From: Azolla caroliniana
Taxonomy: Eukaryota > Plantae > Polypodiophyta
Length of the DNA stretch: 64,000 nucleotides
Direction of reading: 5' to 3'
NCBI GenBank assembly: GCA_043228905.1
Contig: JBHGNT010000020.1
Location: forward strand, 10,974,001-11,038,000
Position 1 is the stretch's first letter. Each line of letters begins with the position of its first letter. Below the pieces are notes generated by a model. The model had not been told where the DNA came from. It saw only the letters and a list, made by a program, of their open reading frames with translations, and made no database searches. Positions 25,521-37,023 of this stretch are shown piece by piece. The position numbers and the translations under genes are program-made.

Positions 25521-26560
25521 ACACCGTCAATTAGTAGTGCGATCATTTATGATCACTCGCCCGTCTTGGTAAAAGACGCGATGCCCTTCTTTAAGAGCTT
25601 GTAAAACTCGTGGCATACAACTCTTGCGATGCTCAATTTGCATTTTAGTGAGGTCTTCATTGAGATAGATAGGGTCCCCACCCAATCCTCGAAGAATTGG
25701 TCTCTTCTTAAAGAAAGTGATTCTAGAGTCTAAGTCTTTAAATTGAAGGACTAAGGCTCTCTTCCTAGTTGTGTCACGTCTGGCCCTCCAGGCTTTGGTG
25801 ACAGGTAGGGCCTCTGTGTACCCTAACATTTTCCCAAGTGTATGTGCATCCTCGTCTGGGGATGCAACTTCCTTGAGCCTAGTGACACGTCGTCATGATG
25901 TGGCATGTCTAGTGCGAGAAAAAGTCAAAAATTGAGGATCCACACACATTTCACGAATACTTGTAAAAATGAAAATAAATAAACCTAGGTCACAATGGCA
26001 TTGAGTGCATGTAGAGGGTTGCAAGTAGGATTTGAACCTTGCACCTCTAAGATAAGAAGCAATTACCTTACCACTAAAGCTACTACTAAGTGCTTTAGAT
26101 GTTCTATATTTCTTTCTCATATTCAGTATTCCGTAGGAAACAAACGTACAAAACCGTGTACACAAAACCACGGTTTTAAGCCCATGGTTTTCTACATGTC
26201 ACAAAGCAAAATTGTGTGCATAGAAACTTTGGCTCCAAGCCCATGGTTTTGTGCATGGACAAACCTATAAAACCCCTGGTACAGCTTGTGTAAAGAGGGG
26301 GACTCAATATGATATGACCATCATTATCACCTTCAATAATATAAGCTTCTATTTCTTCTTCTTCGCATCTATCTTGTAATTATTTATCTACTTCTCAAGT
26401 GTACAATCTTCAATCTTCTCAAGTGTAATAGGTCTTCCTCCAATCTTACATTCACATCGTCCTCTTCTCAATACCTTGACGGACATCCTCCTTTCTTGGT
26501 AGACCCTGGTGGTCCCACTCAAGCGAAGCATGCTCGCACGCGCATCTTCGCGACATTTTT

Positions 26561-26578
26561 TGGTGAACCCGACGTGAA
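26561..26578 (+). promoter_or_regulatory. primer binding site complementary to the tRNA-Trp 3' end
   Basis: TGGTGAACCCGACGTGAA matches, from memory, the reverse complement of plant cytosolic tRNA-Trp (..TTCACGTCGGGTTCACCA). Confidence 0.8.
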
Positions 26579-26593
26579 GAGCAGTAGGGGAGG

Positions 26594-28288
26594 ATGAAGA
26601 TGGACGAGGAATATCTAATGAAGGCAATGTCAAAGATGATGATGGAGTTTTCAAGAGAAGGGAAAACACGAGAGGCAGCCCAACAAGCCGTCGAAAGCAT
26701 GATCAAGCGAGTCGGGTTTTTCGATGGAGGCAAAGTCCAAATATTTCTAAAGGCCTACAATGCCGAAATGGATTCAAGGGGAGTGGAGGAAGCAATGAGG
26801 CTAGAGTACTTTTGTCGAGTGGTGGCCGAACCGATCTTCGAAGAGATTAAAGAGATTCAAAAAAATCACGATTCGTGGGTGTCCTTCAAAGAAGCTTTAC
26901 AAGAGTCATATGGTTATGAAGAACAAAAGGGACAAGGTCTGTATGAGTTTCACGAATGGGTGTCATCGAGAAAGACCCACCAGAGTGCTATGCATGCATT
27001 CGTTGAGTTTGAGTAACGCTTCGCTCAACTCTTGGACCAAGATCGAAGATTGGTGGGGGTGAATAAAGTTCTGTTGTTTGTAAAGTCAATCGATCGGAAT
27101 GAAAGGAAGGCCATTGGAATCCAACTTGAGGATGACAATGGTGAAAATGGCCTCACTGAGGATTGGGCCAAAGTGGAAAGGGTATGCCGACAACACAATA
27201 AGAGGGAGATGAGATTCTCATCGACAACAACACGACCCACAAGGGATGTTCAAAGGAGAATGGGATGTGGCAATAAAAACCCACCGAAGGAAGAAAGCTC
27301 GAAGAGGGAAGCTTCGACAGAACTCAACATAGAAGCCTTGATGAGAGAGGCATTCATGAACTTAAAGGCACAAGTCGAGGTTGAAGAGAAGCTGAAAACA
27401 AAACCGAGGAAAATGGTGATCGACGAAGAGGAGACCTCCCAACAAATGCAGACTAATGATGTGGCCAATACGAAGGCCCAAGTTCGGTATGACAGTACCA
27501 TGGGAGAATGTGTGAAACAATCCACCTTCTTGACTTATGGAGGAACGATGGTCAAGAAAAAGGCCAAAGACTCAAGAGCGGGAAATGCTGCTTTAAGAGT
27601 GGACGAGCATTTCGGAACACATGTTGTGTCCGAAATATCGAGTAATGAAGGTGCAAGCATGAGGGAAGCTTGCGTGATCAAGGGATGTAAAGAGTGCGAG
27701 GTCGACGTGATTGAGGCGGTAGCCACGAGGAACGACATCGAGTCGTAGATGGCTAAGGAAGAGTCCATGGCGAATGACCGTGTCGAGACTTTCCCAACAC
27801 TTGATCTAGAGACTTGGGCAATTGCGTCTGAGAGCCAACATGAGACCCAAGAGACGGAAAGTGGTGGGGAAGAAAATATTGAAGACAATGCGAATAACAA
27901 CATTGAGCGAAAGATGGCTACGAATGAGAAGACGGTGACCGATGGTGTCGAGGTTCTCCCCACAATTGTTCCTGAGACTTCGGTTGTGCCCGAGTGTCAA
28001 CGTGAGACCGGAGAGACGGAAGGTGGCGGTTGGAAATCGAAGGACCGAAACGACGATGAGGAGGATGGCCATAGACGAAGGAATCCCTCCACACCAATTC
28101 TGGAGACTTCGGCAGTTGTGCCCGAGAGCGAACATAAGATCGGAGAGATGGAAGGTGGCGGCGAGGAGATGAGGGTCGAAGCTAGCGCATACGAAGGAAC
28201 AGTGGCCAACAAGGACGCCAAAAACAAAGCTACAATAGAGATAGCGGCAAGAAAGGAAGAACCGGAATACAATCCGGATGGAAGATGA
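26594..28288 (+). pseudogene. gag-like ORF of element E with long acidic tail, two in-frame stops
   Basis: three consecutive same-frame ORFs; FDGGKVQIFLKAY..W..FKEAL gag-like N-terminus; E-rich C-terminal part with an internal duplication. Confidence 0.7.
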
Positions 28289-29543
28289 CGCGGTTGGTAT
28301 TCCGACCCGAACGGAAGCCGAACCAAACGAGAGTTGATCAACCAGGCCCGACCCAACCGAAAAAAACCGGATGGAAACTGACCCGGACGAAAATCGATCG
28401 TCTGAGTCCGATTCAGCCGAATGCGAATCCGGACGAAGGCCAACCAAGCCAGAAGCTGATTGGTCAAGACAAACAGAAGTTGAATCGTCCTGGACGGAGG
28501 TCGAAGCAGACGAGCCGTGACACCCGGTCGAGGCTAGTGAGCATAAGGAAAGGCAAGCATGAGACGAGAAATGATGATAAAGGAAAGTTAGGTGACCAAG
28601 GAGATGGCCGAGATGAAGGTGGCACATGCACGAGGCATGAAGCGTTATGCTCGGGAGGAGCAAAGGGAGCCATGACAACTAGACATGGCAATAAAAAAGG
28701 TGAGCGAATTATATGGTGGATCGGATGGCAACGACAGTTCAAAGTAGACGACAAAAAGACAGTGCAGGCGAGGCGTAAGAAAGGAGGAAATCAAACACCA
28801 ACCACCTTTGACCCTTCCACATCACTGTTTTCTTCTTGGCACATACCGGAGGATGTGCGGTTTGGTGGGGGTGGATGTCATGATGTGGTATGTCTAGTGC
28901 GAGAAAAAGTCAAAAATTGAGGATCCACACACATTTCACGAATACTTGTAAAAATGAAAATAAATAAACCTAAGTCACAATGGCATTGAGTGCATGTAGA
29001 GGGTTGCAAGTAGGATTTGAACCTTGCACCTCTAAGATAAGAAGCAATTACCTTACCACTAAAGCTACTACTAAGTGCTTTAGATGTTCTATATTTCTTT
29101 CTCATATTCAGTATTCCGTAGGAAACAAACGTACAAAACCGTGTACACAAAACCACGGTTTTAAGCCCATGGTTTTCTACATGTCACAAAATAAAATTGT
29201 GTGCATAGAAACTTTGGCTCCAAGCCCATGGTTTTGTGCATGGACAAACCTATAAAACCCCTAGTATAGCTTGTGTAAAGAGGGGGACTCAATATGATAT
29301 GACCATCATTATCACCTTCAATAATATAAGCTTCTATTTCTTCTTCTTCGCATCTATCTTGTAATTATTTATCTACTTCTCAAGTGTACAATCTTCAATC
29401 TTCTCAAGTGTAATAGGTCTTCCTCCAATCTTACATTCACATCGTCCTCTTCTCAATACCTTGACAGACATCCTCCTTGGTCCAAGACCTCGGTGGTCCC
29501 GCTCAAGCGAAGCACGCTCGCACGCGCATCTTCGCGACAACGT

Positions 29544-30714
29544 TGTTGTGAAGATTTTTGGCAATGGTGTGAAAATCACATAAAACGTACAAAATCGAGT
29601 ATGAATCACATAAAACAATAATAGTGAAGATAACATTTTAAATAAGTTTAATATCTAAGTACAAAATGATGGAGGCCTTCAAGAGCTTTCGAATGCACTT
29701 TATTACACGAGAAACAGACAACTAGATGTCAAGATATGAGGGTATAAAGTTTGTGAAAGGAAAAGAGAAAAATGTGAGATATCCCACATAGGTACGACAA
29801 ATACGGCTCTCATCATATATAACGTAGAGCAAAAGCTATTATCTATGTGTCTATGTGTGGAGCATAGAGAGTTCAAGGTAACTTGAACTAAGAGTGGAGG
29901 TGGCCTAGCCACTCGTAAAGGTTTTGGCCGACCAAAACCGGACCGGAGATGGAGCCAGTGATCCGGCGGCAACCAGCAAAGCGATGGTGGCACACCGGCA
30001 ACCAGTGATCCAGCGGAGCCGGCGAGCCGGTGAAACCGACATCCGGCGGCAACCACCGGTAGCCGGCGACGGCAATTGGCGAAGGCGGCAGCATCCGACG
30101 CCGACTAACCGGCGACTAGATAAATAAATATATAAATATATATATACATATAAAAGGAGGACAAGTAAGGATTCAAACCTTGCACCTCCAAGTTAGGAGT
30201 CAATTGGCTTACCACTAAGCCAAGATACTTAGTTAAAATTATATTTCTATCATTGTACTTTTACATATAAATTCTCATACATGAGAGCTAAAATGAGTGA
30301 CATGGTTATCATGCACCACATGTAATACATGAGCGCCAAATGGCAAACATGCATTTTATGCATGTCTTGAACCCTCAAATGCATGAGGGCATCTATAAAA
30401 GAGGGAATGAAAAAGATCAATGGGGGGATTTTCTTGGGGAAAAAAAAAACTTTGTATTTTAAATCAAAATTAATATTAAGAAGAAAATTTGTTATCCTTT
30501 TGATGATATACCTTGTTCTTGAAGTCTAAAGTCAAGAGTTCTTAATCTCTCTCTCAATCTAAAATCAAGCGTTCTATCTTATCTCAATCTCTCTCTCTTT
30601 CAATCTATCTTAATTCCTTTCCCGCTAAAGCTTGTGCAAACTTTGAGTCCTTCCGGTCCAGAACCCCGACGGTTCTGCCTCACGATCTGCGCCTAGTGAC
30701 AGATCTTCACGACA
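29544..30714 (+). mobile_element. solo LTR F (gypsy, same family as H)
   Basis: termini TGTTGTGAAGAT / ATCTTCACGACA (12-bp IR, 1 mismatch); ACGT on both sides; TATAAAA at ~30394. Confidence 0.85.
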
Positions 30715-31582
30715 ACGTACATTTAAGCGTCGGGCCTGATGCATTTTCTCTTCTTCAAGGGTGGTATTAACAATATTTTCATCCTTTATTTCTTTTTTAA
30801 TGTTTCTTTTAACCACGTCTACCTAACCCGTTTTAGCTAACTCTATGTTATTTTTAACTTCCTCTTTAACTTTTTTAATCTCGTCCTTTATATCCTCTAT
30901 GGAGGATATTTCACCATCCTCTCGAGATACCTCGATGTCATTAAGTTGTTTTTTAAGGTTGGTGTTTTCCACTTTAAGTTTTTCTATTTCGGCCTTGAGG
31001 GCATCTTTTTCCTCTCTATCTTTTTTCTTGTGGGTTTCGGTGTCTTTCGCCCATTTTTTCATATCCATCTCTATTTTTGTTAAACGGTTAAACATATCTA
31101 AAAAATCTTCTTTACTTATAGCCTCGTCTTGTATATCCTTATGTTCCTTAGCTCGTTTAGATGTCATTGTGGTGTCAACAAGAAAAAGATAAAATAAATG
31201 GGTGTGAGATTTAGCCCGAGTTTGTGTGTATGTCGCAGTCACATCGGCATTTCGTCGGTTTGTATGAAGCACACTACGAGCACACCAAACCACGGGATGT
31301 CCAATGATGCGCACTTCACAATGGCAAGAACGGAGTAGACGGCGACGGACACAAACGATAGCGTTGCAGTAGACGACAGTAGGCGACACCGCACGACCAC
31401 AAATGATGGCGCGACAACGAACTGTTGTGTCGTTGTCGTTATCACAAACGGGGCGACGGACGACGATGGACGGCGACATAAGACAACAAATGGTTGTGCA
31501 GCAGACGACGGCAAGCGACACCGCACGACAACAGATGATGGCGTGGCAACAGACTGTTGTGTCGTCATTATCACAACGGCTA

Positions 31583-31913
31583 GAGAGAGAGAGAACACAT
31601 AATTATACAGAAAAACAGAAAATTGTATTAACAAGAGAAATAATACAACCAACACTTACAAAGAGGAGGTGCTCATATAGTCAGTCACCTTCTCTCTATG
31701 TTCTATCACTACAACCACCACTTGCAAAAGAGGTGGAGACTTACCAATCTACTAAATATGTGTCATAGAACCTTAAAGTTCTGTGACACACTAGTTACTA
31801 TACTAGGAGGTGGGGTGTTCACACACTTGAGTATACTAATGTGTGTTCCCACACTAGGGAAGTTGAGTTTGATTCGCAACAGAGTCATATAATCTTCTAC
31901 AAATTCGCCAACA
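31583..31913 (-). repeat. possible copia-type LTR fragment upstream of the LINE 5' end
   Basis: TGTTGGCG.. terminus on minus strand, (GA)n tract and TAATACAACC..CTTACAAA motif also found in the C LTR; other end and TSD not found. Confidence 0.4.
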
Positions 31914-32741
31914 CCAATGGAATTGGATGCAACACGTTAATGCAGACCTTTGTCAGAAGAGGAAAAGCAATGATGTCGAGCAAACTACCTATGTTTATAT
32001 TATGGTGGCCCAAGGCATATTGTAGTGAATTGTCCCCATATTCCTAGATGTCAAGTAAACCAAGTTGTTACTATTGATAAAGCTGAGTCTAATTCATTAG
32101 GGCTATCTAACAAACTTAGTGGTTGAAGCTTTTCAAACAAATTTGAGGTTCTAAGGCAATTAAAAGATGAGTTAAATGATTAAGTTGAGCTTAAATGGGA
32201 GATCTCAAAAAGTCTGCCATAAATAAGTTGCGGCAATCCACCTTTGTCTAGTCTTCGAGGTTGCAAATAATTTTGTTCTTTGGACCCAAATTTGTATGAT
32301 GTGATGAATGTGTTTGGGCGAGTCACAATTGTCACTATCTTCTCCTATTGGTTTTTATTGGTGGTGTGCATTTTGGACTTCTCCACCCACAATTGAGTAC
32401 TTAGACCCTTCTTCAATTGTTTCAACACGAGAGGTGCTTAGGGAGTCGGTCTTTGTACTCAGCTTCGTGTGAGCAGCCAAAATTTTGTGGCTCCTTTGTG
32501 CCAACCTTGGGCTTTCATGAGCATTTTCCGAGCCCACCACAAGGTTGCTTAGTCTTTCTTTCTCCCCTCTACTATTGTTCCATAGATATTGACCCACAAT
32601 TGTGTTTTCCTAGTCTTTGTTGCATTTGAGGGGTTTGGTGTATCCTTGTTTTCTCTCTTTTTGGCATCGATCGTCGTGTTGTTGTCATATGTGGGGTCAA
32701 CAATGATTTTGTTCGAGTGGTGGTCTAGAGAGCATTGTCTC

Positions 32742-32930
32742 GAATCGGCAACGGCTCGGCTCAAGCCTGAACCGAACTGTTACACCGTTTTTAAATGGTT
32801 TTAAGGTTCGATTCGGTTCAGGCTTGAGCTTCTTTAACTAACCGGTTTGAGCTCGATTTGGGAGGGCTCAAGCCGAGCCGAGCTGAGCCGAGCCGATTTG
32901 GGCCAAACCGGTTAAGGCTTAATCGGCTTG
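32742..32930. repeat. GAGCC/AACCG-rich small DNA-transposon-like remnant
   Basis: GAGCCGAGCC repeats, internal IR CTCAAGCCTGAACCGAA / TTCGGTTCAGGCTTGAG; similar start GAATCGGCAA at ~57953. Confidence 0.45.
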
Positions 32931-33007
32931 TAACCAAAGGAGGCTACTTTTGTAGATATCCCAAACAGTCAAAACCTCTCTCTCTCTCTGTCTCTGTCTC
33001 TGTCTGT

Positions 33008-36000
33008 ATGCTCTCCATGGCCATGGCGATGGCGCCTCTGTGGACCTCATCACCCAATGCACCTGACACTCCACGTGCCCCTTCACATGCGTTTTCGAGT
33101 TCTCTTCATCACCATCATCACGATGGCCTCTCATTTCTTTGCTTTCGACAGCTCAAACCTAAAGCTCAGCTTCTGGTGCGAGCTATGGCCCCTGTTGGTG
33201 AGGCCCATCACAGGGGGAAACGATTTATTCCTCCTTTTTCTTTCTTACATCTATGCAATTCCTTTCTTTTCTTTTCTTTTCTTTTCTTGTTGTTGTCGTT
33301 CTGATGGTGTAGAGTGAAGGCAGAGGTGATGCAGAGGACTCTGAGAGAGATAACCTTGTGGCCGAGTTTATGCGTTACGTGAATTCCACCGAGCAATCCT
33401 GGCCTTTGGATGGCCGGCGACCGACAGCCCTGATGCCTCCGAATACCGTAGTAAAAGTGCAGGTACCAGTCTCTACTAAATACGCCTCTAGCCCTAATTT
33501 GTAACCCTATTTCTACCTAAGACATCCATATCCATATCCACTACTTTACTAGTCAATGCCACTGTGGAATCTAAGTTTGAACGCATGACCTTCTGGTCTC
33601 CAACAGACAACCTTAGCAACCAAGCTACAATAGTCTGTGATATTTACACATCAGGGTTAGAATTTATATTTACATCATTATTACTCATTATGAATTTAGA
33701 TTTTTTCCCATGTCTTATATAGAATCCATGAAGAATGCTTTGCATTATAAAGAAGTTAGATACATTATAAAGCTGAATCGGCACATCATATAATAATTCA
33801 AGGATAGGTTGTATAATGTTTTATTTTAGAATTGTGTAAAGTTCAAGGTGACAAATAAGGTTTTTATTTCAACCTAAGAAAGTCTGTTTTTGATGAAATT
33901 TGTTTGAATTGTGACAAAGACTTGATTTTTAATAGTTAGAGTTCTAAAGTAGAACCAAAAGAAAATGTAAAAACTGGAATGAAAACTACTGATTTCACTG
34001 TTTGATCCTCCATGAATGTGATTCTGTGGTTTTATCAGATCAGCAAAAGGTATCCATAGTGTTGTTTGGTGTTGGCTCCAGCCTGGTGAGGAGTTCTTCA
34101 AAGCTAGTAAAACCTTTTAGGAAATTCCAAAACAACACATTCTTTTTCTGGTACGCAAAGGCAGTATAGATCTAATATGCATCTAATGCTTCAGCAAGGT
34201 CATGTATGGTATAATCTGTCTCTGGGAAACACTTTTCTGCGTGCTTCTGCTTCTCAAGAGGGTCTCTCTATGCATATGTACCTGGACTAGAAAGAGCTGC
34301 AGTTATCTTTGGAGTTTGACCAGATGACGAAGAGTAGGGATTGAAAACCCTGTTTAAAGAGACGATCAAAGAAGTGCCATTGACTTCATACAGTGGCAAA
34401 TGAAGTGTTCCCTTTTAAGATATTTGGCATATCTTGCAATGGGTGTACAAATTTGCATAACTCATCAATATCACATTTTAGGTCATATGATCTGTAGTAT
34501 GCTGGGTGGGATAGTATGAAGCATGCTCTCTATTGAGAAGAAGATGAAATCCATATTTATCTGTAGCTCTTTCTATTGGCCTAGCTATGTCCTTTGACCT
34601 TCAACTGACGCGGTTCTATCTCATAATACTACTAATGTCTGAGTGGGTCAGGGTAATGGATGGCCCATCTAGGCTATGTTATCCATATCCAAGCTGTGTA
34701 GCTGAATTGATCCAAATGATACAAACATAAAAAAGGATAGAAAGAATGTATGGTTCCATCATCTAGCTATGGAGGAAAACATGTCAGTAGCCTCGTCAGA
34801 ATGTTTCCTTTATCAACACAAACAAAACCCCATAAGGTTGGGCTTAAAGCCACTAATTTTCCAAATAATGATTCTTATCCCATTGATGGCAAATGCACAT
34901 AAGCTTCAAACAGAGCTTCTCGAGCTGCCATATCTCGAATTTCTTGGGAACTCCTTGATTTTATTTGTTTGGTTTATTTTGGTGTGATGTATACACCCTG
35001 GAATTTTAGTATTTGAACTATCCTCAATTGTGTATGTATGGATCTCTCATGATCCTTCTAAGTTAAGTTTCCAACACAAGTGATAGAATGAACTCGCAGT
35101 TTGATCTGAGTGAAAAAGTACATTAAGAAAGGATATGAACATTACCAATATATATTTCAGTCAGTCATGCATACAAGTCTCCAACTAAGATGATGATAGG
35201 GTTGATCATCAACACATATGTTTTCAATATATATTGTGGTAAGTATTGTGCTTCATTAGTCTTCATTAATGTGGACATTGAATGGATATCACGGACTTAT
35301 GTTGCACATATGATGTATCTAACAATAATCTACCTCTTAAAATTTGAATTCCTGTTGATTGCTTGTAGATGGATGCCTTGATGAGGAATGATTGGCCTGA
35401 AGATAATAGTGGTGTAAGGACAGCCTTCAAATTCTCTATGCCTGCCGGAGTAGAAGAAATACTTTCAGGGCAGGTGGAAATATTTAGTTTAAACTAGTTT
35501 CAAATTTATTTTATCAGTATTTAAGATATTTATAAAATTTAAACTTTGAAAGTATTGTCCTAGGGGCTAGGATCCTCGAAACCATAGGTTGGAATCTCAA
35601 ATGTTGACAGTGGCTTCCAAATAAGGAAGAAGAAGAAAATTGTGGATTTCATTATGGCTTATTGTTGCCAAAAGAGAAAGATGAAGGAAAAAACAGCGCA
35701 TGTGATCATTTTTCTTGATCGTTGTATCTCATTCTAACAGGTGCCTGAGTCTGTGCCAGTTGCAAGAGCATGGGATGCTGCAGAAAGGTACCTAACAATG
35801 GAAGAATTTTGTGTGGCTTTGAGGGATCCTATGTATACACCAATCATCAATTGTATGAACTGGGAGGTGAAAAAATCACTTGCTTTGTTTTTCTTTATTT
35901 TAACTTCTAAAAAGAACGTGCTATGAGTTTGAATATATCATCACCCCTTGCTATGCCTCTAGGTTCCTTATATGATTTCTTGCAAGAAACTGTCGTAAGA

Positions 36001-37023
36001 TGTGTATGTGTATGCACTTAAAATGTCTTTGTTTTGTATTATACGATGCCAGATTGTCTCCCCAGTAATCTTTCATGGACCAGCTGATAGGAAAGCTTTG
36101 CAGTGTGTGAAGGTTACTTTCCAAACATCAAAAGGCACTGAAGCATCCTGTGCATACACCTTCTGTTTACAAAAGGTATCAGGATTTGCATGATACCACC
36201 AACAACTTCTCTTGATCTAAATAACACTCATGTACATGCTTTTGCTATAATTTTAACTTTTTTTTTTTATCTTAGTGACAGATAATCTACTGGTTGTTAA
36301 AACCTCAATGTGAGGTGAAAATGCCAACCAGAGATGATTCTTTTATCACAAGGAAAATGGCATTGTATCCATAGTATGAACCATACGTGCATTTCACATT
36401 CGCGAATGTTTCAACCATTCGCGTAATAAAAACACCCTCAAAGAATGATAAATACCAGCTTTTGGATAAACTATTTATTATGAGGTAAATAAGCCTAAAA
36501 AATGGAAAAAAGCAAAAACAAACATTCAAAAATGGGGAAAAACAAAAAAAAACACAAGAATGTTTGAATAACATTCGCATTCGTTTTCCAACGTAGGAAA
36601 ACGAATGTTATGCTAGACGAACACGAACTTTACGAACTATGATTGTATCTATTAAATTACTACATCATCAAGATACCCCTAACTTTTAGAGTATTTGCGA
36701 GGATACTCCTAAGTGTGTAAACTTTACCAGAATATCCCTCAATAGTGTAACATTTTCGGAAACTTGTAATTTGATCTTGCATAGGAGTATATATATCTGG
36801 GCAATGTTTGAAAACTTAGGAGTGTCTTGGTGTCTTGTGAACTTTGTTAATAACTTGTATTCTCAACTATGTTTGTTATTAAAAAGAGAATGTAAATATA
36901 AGCACATTACACATGTATACTTCATTTTTCGTGTGTTTACATTTTTGTTAGGTTCAAAAAGGTGCATACCGAAATTGTTGGATGGTTGTTGGTGTTCGAT
37001 GTGGAGATTATGCCAATGTGTAA
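33008..37023 (+). CDS. putative plastid-targeted DUF4864-like protein, 6 exons (33008-33197, ~33313/33320-33462, ~35369-35473, 35741-35866, 36053-36175, 36952-37023)
   Basis: GT-AG exons give ..PPNTVVKVQ MDALMRNDWPEDNSGVRTAFKFSMP..YTFCLQK VQKGAYRNCWMVVGV; S/A/P-rich transit-like N-terminus; exon 1/2 junction uncertain; family call is from motif memory. Confidence 0.75.
33555..33631 (-). mobile_element. tRNA-derived SINE-like repeat, copy 2 (intronic)
   Basis: reverse complement TGTAGCTTGGTTGCTAAGGTTG..GGAGACCAGAAGGTCATGCGTTCAA..ATTCCACAGTGGCATT aligns with 21938-22014. Confidence 0.6.

Larger units (their letters stand above)
25891..29539 (+). mobile_element. non-autonomous Ty3/gypsy-type element E (gag-like ORF only)
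   Basis: ~665-bp LTRs 25891-26555 and 28876-29539; PBS 26561-26578; G-rich PPT ending 28875; 4-bp TSD ACGT; no PR/RT/IN motifs seen. Confidence 0.9.
25527..31167 (-). pseudogene. LINE ORF1 (coiled-coil), split by gypsy insertions into 30719-31167 and 25527-25890
   Basis: MTSKRAK..coiled coil..ARRLNVR|VTRLKE..IYLNEDLT reads continuously once 25891-30718 is removed; one internal stop. Confidence 0.85.

Noticed and set aside
26015-26086. functional tRNA gene
   Set aside because: A and B boxes are present but I cannot form convincing acceptor and anticodon stems; it lies inside an LTR
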